This document shows positions 18,436-25,856 of a stretch of DNA of 25,856 bases, piece after piece. Both the position numbers and the translations under genes were made by a program. Under the pieces are notes generated by a model, which saw only the letters and a program-made list of their open reading frames with translations, made no database searches and had not been told where the DNA came from. The DNA is taken from IMG/VR virus record IMGVR_UViG_3300032295_002880, positions 1-25,856 of that record. One strand, written 5' to 3'. How positions within the stretch are numbered: position 1 is the first letter of the stretch; every line of letters begins with the position of its first letter. The stretch is from a virus. Its lineage: Duplodnaviria > Caudoviricetes.

Positions 18436-18953
18436 TAGTTTTGAGCCTCTTCAATTACACGAATAGTTGCCGTTTCTGATATAAATATCCGTATTGGTAA
18501 ATATATGTTTGTTCCAGATATAAGTACACGTAAGAAAATACCCACTGCATGATTTGGGTCGTCTACTCTACCATCTTCATTTACATTCAAATTTACGTTT
18601 ATATCGGTTATAACAAGATATGGGAGCCATCTTGATATAGCTCCTTCGATTTCACCACGTAATCTGGATGAAAAGTCTTCTTCATCTGTTATATTTTCAA
18701 AAAGTATTGTTCTAATATCTGTGCCAAATTCTGGTTCAAAATATCTTTCACCTTTAGCAGTCAATAATAAATTTTTCAGATTACTCAATACCTGTTCTTT
18801 GTTGGTAAAACTCTTATTGAAAATACCATTTGGATTGTTAAAAGGTAACGTCACACCTATTGGTTTTACCGTTCCAGGTCTTCTCAAATCTTGAACTTGT
18901 GAAGTATTTTGATCAACAGGATTCAATAAAAGAGTTTTTCTTCTGAATGCCAT
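18435..18953 (-). CDS. gp25: Baseplate wedge subunit / sheath initiator, GPW/gp25 family
   Basis: 172 aa. NLKNLLLTAKGERYFEPEFGTDI..LFE and AISRWLPY motifs. SD AAGGAG upstream. TAATG coupling to the gp6-like gene. Confidence 0.9.
   Translation of the reverse strand: MAFRRKTLLLNPVDQNTSQVQDLRRPGTVKPIGVTLPFNNPNGIFNKSFTNKEQVLSNLKNLLLTAKGERYFEPEFGTDIRTILFENITDEEDFSSRLRGEIEGAISRWLPYLVITDINVNLNVNEDGRVDDPNHAVGIFLRVLISGTNIYLPIRIFISETATIRVIEEAQN
18472..18488 (-). promoter_or_regulatory. Candidate late promoter inside the 3' end of gp25, upstream of gp6
   Basis: ATATTTATATCAGAAAC is 15/17 identical to the motif at 9538-9554 and lies 36 nt before the gp6 ATG. Confidence 0.4.
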
Positions 18954-18955
18954 TA

Positions 18956-19393
18956 TTATGCTCCTTTTTTCTCATTTAGTTTTGCCATGAGAGCTGAATA
19001 ATCACGAGTTAGTGCCTTGGAAACTTCAGGAGTTATCTCAGTTTCACTATATCCGTCCGGTACCATATTGATTGAAGCTCTGCCAGTTGAAATCGAATCA
19101 GACGAGAATCTTAGTTCAGGATATTCATCATCGTGTATAGCAGACTCCATTGACATTCGTGTTTCATTTAGAATGTCTTGAATGCTATTCAATCCTGTTT
19201 TCGATGTTTTTGGTTTATTCTTGATTTCTTGTTTTTTGGGAATACCGAGTTCTTTCATCAAATTCATCCCGTGATTCAATGTTTCTCGATCAATATTTGA
19301 TTTTTTCGACTCGGTTAGTTTTTTTTCAAGAGCATATTCTATCTCTTCACGAACTATACTTCGTATTTGTTTTAGTAATTTATCTAAGCTCAT
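18956..19393 (-). CDS. Hypothetical protein (charged, helical)
   Basis: 145 aa. GGAGG SD upstream and tight packing with its neighbours. No recognisable family. Confidence 0.75.
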   Translation of the reverse strand: MSLDKLLKQIRSIVREEIEYALEKKLTESKKSNIDRETLNHGMNLMKELGIPKKQEIKNKPKTSKTGLNSIQDILNETRMSMESAIHDDEYPELRFSSDSISTGRASINMVPDGYSETEITPEVSKALTRDYSALMAKLNEKKGA

Positions 19394-19394
19394 T

Positions 19395-22136
19395 TTAGAC
19401 CTCCATTATATGTCTTAATACTGTATTATAAGCGATGGATGATAATGTTTCATCTTTTTTTTGTAAATCAGAAACATATTTGTTATACAATTCTGTTTTT
19501 TTCACACTTACACCGATACCATTTGTGTATGGGGTTTTTACTCCACGTTTGACAACATAAAATTGTTCAAATTCACCGTTCTTACAAAAGCTAGATATAC
19601 TATCATATAATTTGAAGCCGTACTGTGATCCATTACCACTGGCATCATTTAGGCCAGTATTTCCACCTATTGTATATAATAGTCCTGTTTTTGTAAAACA
19701 TAATAATGTTTCAACATGACCACTTGTCTCTCCAGCCTTTCGTCTAACAATATAACCACCCGGCCATAACTTTATTTTTTCCCATAGTTCGATACCTGCA
19801 CTTGTCAAGGTATTTGAATTCCAATGGACACCTCTATAAAATAAAGCAACAGTTCCATTTTCGTCTATACCAGATGAGATATTGAGATTTTTTATTTCGT
19901 TTTCTTTTTTAAGTTCTAATTCTTCAATTTCAAGTTGCAAATTAGCATTTATATTTTTTTTCGAATCAATAAGAGCTTTTATTGATTCGACCATTACATA
20001 AAAACTCTTTATCTTTTCCTGACTAATTTCGGTGGTATCGGTATTATTTATGTAGTTTTGTTCTTTTTTTTCAGCCTTTTTCTGTTCAATTTTTAGTTGA
20101 TCTTCTTTTGTTTTTATAATCGCTTCGTTACTCGATATAGTTTTCTTTTTTAGATTTATATCTTTCGTATATTTACTTTCAATTGAAGAAATGGATTGTT
20201 TTCCCGGTCTTGGATCTGAGTTGAAAGGTGATTTATTATAATAACCCTCAACTGCACCGGTTGCTACTATATTTTTAGGTTCATCATCGGATTTATAAAT
20301 ACCATTTGAAAATAACATAAAGTTCGTACAAAGACCGCACCAATGTGGATTTGATGCCCAGTTTGCATCTGCACTGTTTGTTTCATCAATAAGATTAAAT
20401 GTACCAAACCCCCCTTTAGATTCAAATTCCACAGAAGCTGCACGAGTCATTGCAAGATGTATTTCACTACCTTCACCAAAAAGATATGGCCATTTTTTGT
20501 TAAATTGACCAACAATTGGCGTGTTCATTAGTAATGCAACATCAATTGGTGATTCTATTTTAAATCCACTGAAAATAGATTTCAAATCATTACCAAAATT
20601 GAACAAACTTTTGTACATATGGACTTTTCCATAATCTACACTTGGTGGAGATATTGGTGATTTTGAAGGATCGAGTACTATTCTGGGTGGAGTTCCTTCT
20701 TTTTTATGTGGAACAAGTTGACCGTTAATAAGTTTAGAAATACCAGGTTTAGTATAAGGTCGATCTTTTACACCTCGATATATTATACCACCAGAATCAA
20801 CCTTATTTACTACAACCCATTCACCAAATGTCTTAACACTAGACTTGTTGGGACTCTTGATTTCTTCTGGTTTTTTATCTTCTGGAATTGGATCTAGGTT
20901 TTCTTCTTGTTTTGCAGTTTTACCGTCTTTTAAATTAGGATTTGGGCCGGAAGCACCTGTTGAAGATTTTTCTTTTGGAGTTTCTTTTGTAAGTGAGTCG
21001 GCTTCTTCTGCTAATCTTTGAGCTTCAGTTCTTTTATCTTTTTCCTGTTTTTCATTACTCACAACGATTGGATTTTTATCACCCAACGGTTTATCTGGTA
21101 AATCACCTTGTTTATTAGATACAGTTTCCGTTTTTATAGGAGTTAGTTCATTACGACTATAATAGTCTTCAACTTCACTATCCTCAATTCGACGAACTGA
21201 AATTATTCTACTTACCGGGGGTGTTGGTTTTACTACTGGATCATCTTTTTTTACCGCCTCGATTGATAAGTATTTTTTACCATCGGTTGGTGTGGATGGA
21301 ATGTCTGGTACACTTGGTGTTTCAGGAACAGAAGGTGGAGTCGGTACACTTGGTGTTTCAGGAACAGAAGGTGGAGTCGGTACACTTGGTGTTTCAGGAA
21401 CAGAAGGTGGAGTATCTAATCCATCTGGTTTTGGAAAAATAAAGTTGAATTCTCCCAATTCAAATACAGAGTAAACAAGAATTGGTATAGATCCAATAGG
21501 AGGAAGATTTCGTTTTTTTAGTTCTTCATTTATAGCATCATAATATCCTTTAAATTTACTAGTTAATTGTAAAATTTCAATAGGATAGTTGAGAGAAGAC
21601 AATTTCAATTTTAGTTGTTCAAATCCACTACCATTGGAAGATGATAGTTTAAATGAATCTAAAAATACAAAGGACGCCGGTATTCTACTAGGTCTAAATT
21701 GTGAAAAATTTTTACTATCGGGTAATCTCAAAAAAACTTGTTCCGAAATAGTTCCCCCAACTGTCAAACTGGTATTTGATTCTGGGGAAGTTGGATCATA
21801 GTTTCGTAAAAATATCTGACACTCTACTAAAACATACGCGTCGGCCGATCCTTCTGTATTTTGTAAATCAGAAGTAGCGAGTCTTTGAAATTCTCCTACA
21901 AGTTCTTTTTTTACTGCATTATTGGACCTTCTTATTGTTGATTTAAGAAGTGGTGTTTGTGTTGGCAAACTAGGTGTATAAAATGCATTTATTGCAGTAA
22001 CATTTGGGGGTTCAATTATAGCAGAACTATTCTTTGCATCTTGTGCCAATCGAGATGATAAAACATTTTGTAATTGTACAATTTTATCTTCTCTATCACT
22101 TCCATATTGTTCAAGTATTTCTTCTTGTGTTGCCAT
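19395..22136 (-). CDS. Putative virion-associated peptidoglycan hydrolase with a CHAP/TIGR02594-like C-terminal domain and a long low-complexity linker
   Basis: 913 aa. PHWCGLCTNFML (Cys), SGHVETL (His) and YTIGGNT match the WC...GHV...GGN pattern. It sits between the hub/spike gene and gp25, where tail lysins commonly lie. Confidence 0.6.
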   Translation of the reverse strand: MATQEEILEQYGSDREDKIVQLQNVLSSRLAQDAKNSSAIIEPPNVTAINAFYTPSLPTQTPLLKSTIRRSNNAVKKELVGEFQRLATSDLQNTEGSADAYVLVECQIFLRNYDPTSPESNTSLTVGGTISEQVFLRLPDSKNFSQFRPSRIPASFVFLDSFKLSSSNGSGFEQLKLKLSSLNYPIEILQLTSKFKGYYDAINEELKKRNLPPIGSIPILVYSVFELGEFNFIFPKPDGLDTPPSVPETPSVPTPPSVPETPSVPTPPSVPETPSVPDIPSTPTDGKKYLSIEAVKKDDPVVKPTPPVSRIISVRRIEDSEVEDYYSRNELTPIKTETVSNKQGDLPDKPLGDKNPIVVSNEKQEKDKRTEAQRLAEEADSLTKETPKEKSSTGASGPNPNLKDGKTAKQEENLDPIPEDKKPEEIKSPNKSSVKTFGEWVVVNKVDSGGIIYRGVKDRPYTKPGISKLINGQLVPHKKEGTPPRIVLDPSKSPISPPSVDYGKVHMYKSLFNFGNDLKSIFSGFKIESPIDVALLMNTPIVGQFNKKWPYLFGEGSEIHLAMTRAASVEFESKGGFGTFNLIDETNSADANWASNPHWCGLCTNFMLFSNGIYKSDDEPKNIVATGAVEGYYNKSPFNSDPRPGKQSISSIESKYTKDINLKKKTISSNEAIIKTKEDQLKIEQKKAEKKEQNYINNTDTTEISQEKIKSFYVMVESIKALIDSKKNINANLQLEIEELELKKENEIKNLNISSGIDENGTVALFYRGVHWNSNTLTSAGIELWEKIKLWPGGYIVRRKAGETSGHVETLLCFTKTGLLYTIGGNTGLNDASGNGSQYGFKLYDSISSFCKNGEFEQFYVVKRGVKTPYTNGIGVSVKKTELYNKYVSDLQKKDETLSSIAYNTVLRHIMEV
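21307..21413. repeat. Perfect 36-bp tandem repeat, 3 copies, encoding (TPPSVPETPSVP)x3
   Basis: Unit ggtacacttggtgtttcaggaacagaaggtggagtc at 21307, 21343 and 21379; the third copy matches for 35 of 36 nt. Confidence 0.95.
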
Positions 22137-22153
22137 TGATTTACCACACTATA

Positions 22154-23512
22154 TCAATCATTGAATGTTACAGTTCCCGATTTATCGCCTCTTTGCTTCT
22201 CAGGAACTTTGACAACAAAATTGTTTGATTTCAATTCTTTGAACTTATTCTTATCTACACTAGAAGCTCCTCCGGAGAATTCGTTCACAAATGCAAACTT
22301 ACTTGCGAGTTTAGGTAAACTGTTTATAAGTCTATTCATAGCATTTACATAAGAAACGTAATCTCCACTATTCAAAGGAGTTCCTGATGGTCCAACTCCA
22401 GTAGGAACTTGGAGTTTTATCAGTGATTGATTCATATCAATTATCACATCCATAAATACTTTCAAAAGTTCAATCAATCTATCACCAAGTATAATTGGTG
22501 AAGTTGCATTGAACCCCAATGAAATTTTTCCACCTTCTATTTCTACGATGTTTTTACCATTCAGTGCCAAAGTTTGTTCTGTTGCAAATCCAATACCAGC
22601 TTTTGAAAAACCAACAATCTCTTGTTTATTTGCATTTAGAACAATACGATCAGAAGCAAGTATAATTTGATTACCACCAAATAAGTTCTTCCTAAATAGT
22701 CCAATTTCCTTGTCAAAAATAGACGGGGTGTACTTCGAGGCTGGTGTGAATTTTACGGACTGTCCTGATGTAAGCCAGATAGATGCATCATCATTATCTG
22801 GACTCTCAATGTGAAATTGATTGAAAGTCTTCTCATTTTTTTTAGGATTGGTTCCATTTGAAATGATGGTGATAGGATTTCCCGTTGCACCAGTTCCTAT
22901 ACCCCATGAAGGATTTTGTTGATAACGTCTTCTTGTATCAACAGTTGAACCCAATCTAATCGACTGGCCCCATCTACCTTCGAATATAATATCACCTGAG
23001 TATGGTTGTATTGGGAAAACATCTGTTCTTTCCGGAAAGGTTGGGTCGATTATATCTTTTACATTAGTCCTATCTGTTAGCTTAGATGTTAGACCTAATT
23101 GTGCATCGGAAGCTTTTTGTGTGTTACTACGATCATCTAAAACAACTCTATTTGCACCAGGTAATCCGTTTTGATGAACAGATGATTGAATGGATATTGG
23201 TGATGTATAATAAAATTCTCGACCATAACCTGCACCAGAGTGATATTGAGTTGGTGCTTTACAAACAAAAACAATCTCACCTTTTATTGGTATCTGTTTG
23301 ATGTTTGCATTTATTGGTCTTGCCTGAATAAGGTCTGTTGGTGAGGCAGCAGAATCAGTATTCAAAAATTTACACAGTATCGTATATAGGCGGCTAGGAT
23401 TTTTAGTTTCGTAATCTACGGATACGACTTCAGCTGGCGCCCATTCATATTCTTCTGCGTTAAGTATTATCTTTTGAAAGTTCATCTGAGTTTGTTGCCT
23501 CGTTTGATTCAC
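22154..23512 (-). CDS. Baseplate hub / central spike protein (T4 gp5 / P2 gpV-like)
   Basis: 452 aa. OB-fold-like N-terminus (AEVVSV..PIKGEIVFV), GDIIFEGRWGQSIRLGST, beta-helix-like strands (QIILASDRIVLNA...IVEIEGGKISLG), PIILGD and PTGVGPSG. The start at 23512 is GTG; the ATG at 23485 is an alternative. Confidence 0.65.
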   Translation of the reverse strand: MNQTRQQTQMNFQKIILNAEEYEWAPAEVVSVDYETKNPSRLYTILCKFLNTDSAASPTDLIQARPINANIKQIPIKGEIVFVCKAPTQYHSGAGYGREFYYTSPISIQSSVHQNGLPGANRVVLDDRSNTQKASDAQLGLTSKLTDRTNVKDIIDPTFPERTDVFPIQPYSGDIIFEGRWGQSIRLGSTVDTRRRYQQNPSWGIGTGATGNPITIISNGTNPKKNEKTFNQFHIESPDNDDASIWLTSGQSVKFTPASKYTPSIFDKEIGLFRKNLFGGNQIILASDRIVLNANKQEIVGFSKAGIGFATEQTLALNGKNIVEIEGGKISLGFNATSPIILGDRLIELLKVFMDVIIDMNQSLIKLQVPTGVGPSGTPLNSGDYVSYVNAMNRLINSLPKLASKFAFVNEFSGGASSVDKNKFKELKSNNFVVKVPEKQRGDKSGTVTFND

Positions 23513-23831
23513 CGATAGATTTGATCTCTTTTAGAAGAGCATCCTTTTCTTCATCTGTCAAGAATGAACTTCCTTCTTCGGTAGTCTTTGAAACCATGCG
23601 TTGAACAACGGCGGCGAGTTTTACAAGATGTTCATCATTCTTGACAGAAACCTCCATATAATCTTTGATTACGGGAACAAGAAGTGCTGCATCACCTATA
23701 TTTGTGATGAGTGGTTTCAAGTCCGCAATCAGAAGGTTTATCTGGCGGTCTTTCTTTTTTTGGTTCTCGTAAATATCTTTTAGTAAGTCCGAGAACTTTT
23801 TACTTCCGAATATTTCTGTATCAAAGCTCAT
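23460..23831 (-). CDS. Hypothetical helical protein
   Basis: 123 aa with amphipathic helices. First gene after the sigma-like gene. Its 3' end overlaps the hub gene. Confidence 0.75.
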   Translation of the reverse strand: MSFDTEIFGSKKFSDLLKDIYENQKKKDRQINLLIADLKPLITNIGDAALLVPVIKDYMEVSVKNDEHLVKLAAVVQRMVSKTTEEGSSFLTDEEKDALLKEIKSIGESNEATNSDELSKDNT

Positions 23832-23844
23832 ATAACTATAACTA
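23831..23844 (-). promoter_or_regulatory. Candidate late promoter variant (two overlapping TAGTTATA) at the head of the structural block
   Basis: The minus strand reads ATAGTTATAGTTATATGAG, with one mismatch to TATTTATA per copy. It abuts the ATG and there is no SD. Confidence 0.35.
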
Positions 23845-23846
23845 TG

Positions 23847-24578
23847 TTAGTCCTCAATAATGTCTTGAATATCAAACCAATCCATATCTGCAATATTTCT
23901 ACCTTCGGTATATGCTTCATATAATCTACCGTAGATTAGTTTGAATTTTGTAATGACGTTTGTTATGTATTGGGTTTTTATACCAGTTCTTTCTCTAATT
24001 AGAATGTAGAGTGCCTTTTTATTGTAGTTCTCTATATTTTCACGGGTCTTGAATAAATAAAGTACGGAATCAGCAACCTGTAAATCTCTATTTTTTGAAA
24101 AAATAAGTGGTAAAAATTCATCCATTATATCTACAAAAATATCAATGAAGTCCTTTTGTTCGTCTACGAAATCATTTCTGATTTGTTCATTTACGATATT
24201 TCTTTCTGCATCTATTGATTCTAATGTGTGTCTTTTCTTGTAGAGATAGTAGTTCTTATTGTTTTCAGCAATTAGATAATTCTTTGCAACAATAGAAAAA
24301 TATGAGAATGCTTTGAAGCCACTATCACCATCAAACTTACCGATCTTCTCATGAAGAAAGGCAACAACTTCATGTTTTACATCTTCGTGAGAAACATCAA
24401 AGTTATAAAACTTGAATCGGTGAATCATTATCTCAGATAGTTTGTAGAACGCTGGATGAATTCTTTTAGTGTAAATGATATTTCGTTCAATAGGATCTTC
24501 ACAACGATTGTATTCGTTTATAGCGTCTTCTGTTTCTTGTGTAAAGTAGACGTTCTGTTTTTTCTTTTTGATTTCCAT
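23847..24578 (-). CDS. Phage late-transcription sigma factor, T4 gp55-like
   Basis: 243 aa. N-terminal YFT..E.AI.EY and the region-2-like segment EDVKHEVVAFLHEKIGKFD....KAFSYFSIVAKNYLI resemble gp55-family (FD.....nPfAYfTqi..n). It lies immediately upstream of the structural genes. Confidence 0.7.
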   Translation of the reverse strand: MEIKKKKQNVYFTQETEDAINEYNRCEDPIERNIIYTKRIHPAFYKLSEIMIHRFKFYNFDVSHEDVKHEVVAFLHEKIGKFDGDSGFKAFSYFSIVAKNYLIAENNKNYYLYKKRHTLESIDAERNIVNEQIRNDFVDEQKDFIDIFVDIMDEFLPLIFSKNRDLQVADSVLYLFKTRENIENYNKKALYILIRERTGIKTQYITNVITKFKLIYGRLYEAYTEGRNIADMDWFDIQDIIED

Positions 24579-24901
24579 CAGAATCTCCCTACTGTTCCAC
24601 GAACGTCTTTTTCTTCTTCATCCTGTTCTGATTCCAATTCAAGATAAAGAGCAATATCGTTGATTATCTTCTTCAATTCTTTGAAAAAATAACCAGTCTC
24701 GTCGTCAGATTCAAATGCACCTTTTCTATCCAATTGTTTTAGATAAGATTGTTGACTCAGAACCCTATTCCTCATTGACATAATGAAATCTACATTTTCC
24801 TGTGCAATGGTTTCTAACTTATTATACTTGTCATATAGATTGTAGATAACATAACTCGCACCTAAAACAAGAAGTATTAGGAATGCAACTAAAAACTCCA
24901 T
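24578..24901 (-). CDS. Small membrane-anchored hypothetical protein
   Basis: 107 aa. N-terminal hydrophobic helix FLVAFLILLVLGASYVIY followed by a charged helical tail. TGATG coupling to the sigma gene. Confidence 0.75.
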   Translation of the reverse strand: MEFLVAFLILLVLGASYVIYNLYDKYNKLETIAQENVDFIMSMRNRVLSQQSYLKQLDRKGAFESDDETGYFFKELKKIINDIALYLELESEQDEEEKDVRGTVGRF

Positions 24902-24902
24902 A

Positions 24903-25562
24903 TTACCCTCTCTTGAATTTTGGCTCTATGATTGAATCAATTACGCCAAGTCCAAGTGCCTCTTCAGGTGAAAGATAATAATCTTTGAGTGTTGTTTCTT
25001 TCCAGAACTTTGCATCTTTATTTGAGTTTTCACTCATAATCTGAACAAGAACTTCTTCCAACTTTTCCATGTGTTGTACGTTTGCCTTCATGTCTGATGA
25101 CTTACCATAAATACCGGAAGACATCTCATGGAACATGATTGTACTGTTCTTTGAAGCGGCACGAACACCTGTTCCCGAACAAAGAAGTAGAGCGGCGGCA
25201 GACATAGCACGTCCTCTACAAATAGTGTTCACCTTCACATTCAGTGATTGAATAAAGTCAATCATACCAAGTGCTTCATATACATCACCACCGTCAGAAT
25301 TGATGATAATGTTGATTGGATTATCCTTCTTTTCTTCATCTCTCATGTGAAGAATAGCCTTTATTCTCAACATAAAATCATAAAGAGTTCCATCTGCAAT
25401 ATCACCAAACATATACAGAGTAGAACTTTCTACGTCAATACCATAGTCAATTTGAGAAAGAGCCTCTTTCCACTTTACGGGTAAGTCTTCACCTTTATCT
25501 TCTGTTTTCTTTACAGTTGACTTTTGTGTGTTCTCATCTTCATCGTCATAGAAACCTGCCAT
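24903..25562 (-). CDS. clpP: ClpP-like serine protease (peptidase S14)
   Basis: 219 aa. PINIIINSDGGDV, TICRGRAMSAAALLL (Ser), NSTIMFHE (His) and KDYYLSPEEALGLGVID (Asp) reproduce the ClpP motifs. SD AAGGAG at 25570-25575. Confidence 0.9.
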   Translation of the reverse strand: MAGFYDDEDENTQKSTVKKTEDKGEDLPVKWKEALSQIDYGIDVESSTLYMFGDIADGTLYDFMLRIKAILHMRDEEKKDNPINIIINSDGGDVYEALGMIDFIQSLNVKVNTICRGRAMSAAALLLCSGTGVRAASKNSTIMFHEMSSGIYGKSSDMKANVQHMEKLEEVLVQIMSENSNKDAKFWKETTLKDYYLSPEEALGLGVIDSIIEPKFKRG

Positions 25563-25575
25563 AATTCTACTCCTT

Positions 25576-25856
25576 TTATTTTTTCGTAGTTTTCTTCACG
25601 GTCTTTTTAGTAACTTTAGTTTTCTTACCATTTCGAACTAGCTTTGCAAATTCATTGGTAATTTTATCGTCAATTGTTGTTTTCTTTTTTCGTTGTTTAG
25701 TTGATTCTTTTATTTCAGTTGGTGGTAGTGTTCCAAACAATGTTTCTTGTAATTCACCTTTGTGATAAACATTACCTTCTTTATCAACAAATTCTACCAT
25801 AAACTTCCAACCTCGTGGATAACCAGATGGTTTCTTTTCTTCGGGTGGAGGTGCCA
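25576..25856 (-). CDS. Hypothetical protein, 5' end beyond the window, with a Lys-rich C-terminus
   Basis: The frame of the listed 74-aa ORF stays open to the window edge (APPPEEKKPSGYPRGWKF-MVEFVDKEGNVYHKG), so the ATG at 25800 is probably internal. Confidence 0.7.
   Translation of the reverse strand, partial: APPPEEKKPSGYPRGWKFMVEFVDKEGNVYHKGELQETLFGTLPPTEIKESTKQRKKKTTIDDKITNEFAKLVRNGKKTKVTKKTVKKTTKK

Noticed and set aside
19950-20075. A8 tracts in the 913-aa gene as programmed frameshift or phase-variation sites
   Set aside because: They are explained by Lys-rich coding in an AT-rich gene. The frame is intact and the ORF track shows no long alternative-frame ORF here.
21307-21413. 36-bp repeats as a possible mini-CRISPR array
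   Set aside because: The copies are directly adjacent with no spacers and are in frame within a Pro-rich coding linker.
9570-23512. Bacterial eCIS/tailocin or T6SS locus
   Set aside because: The flanking gp55-like sigma, endonuclease I-like gene and uniform phage-style packing, with no host genes, fit a lytic phage genome better.
24578-24901. 107-aa membrane protein as a holin or spanin
   Set aside because: It has a single N-terminal TM only, with no adjacent endolysin or overlapping lipoprotein gene; not supportable.
2606-25484. Short plus-strand ORFs and alternative-frame minus ORFs (e.g. 2606-2890, 4590-5084, 13345-13716, 17417-17746, 21221-21474, 25248-25484)
   Set aside because: All lie within or across long, motif-bearing minus-strand genes and have no recognisable motifs; they are shadow ORFs.
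1-25856. tRNA, rRNA, intron or intein
   Set aside because: Intergenic gaps are all under 60 nt, and I saw no intein (C...HN) or homing endonuclease signatures.

Overview
AT-rich, densely packed segment of a large contractile-tailed (myovirus-like) phage genome, with every credible gene on the minus strand. In transcription order (right to left): a truncated hypothetical gene, a ClpP-like Ser protease, a small membrane protein, a T4 gp55-like late sigma factor, a 123-aa hypothetical, a gp5/gpV-like baseplate hub or spike, a 913-aa protein with a CHAP-like Cys/His hydrolase domain and a perfect 36-bp tandem repeat, a 145-aa hypothetical, gp25-like and gp6/J-like baseplate wedge proteins, a DNRLRE/CBM96-like protein, a 588-aa coiled-coil protein, a 1341-aa gp7/P2 gpI-like wedge protein, a 231-aa protein, five tandem paralogous structural genes, and the start of a T7 endonuclease I-like gene. 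The most notable observations are: (1) the five-gene paralog array with different N-terminal or inserted cargo; (2) an apparent split of the tail-collar-fibre (DUF3751-like) domain between the 231-aa protein and those five paralogs; (3) a candidate late promoter TATTTATA, the reverse complement of the T4 late promoter; (4) a dense [S/T]-[G/A/S/Q]-S motif in a subset of virion proteins; and (5) a CHAP-like domain interrupted by a long coiled coil. All family calls come from motif recognition by eye; no searches were run.
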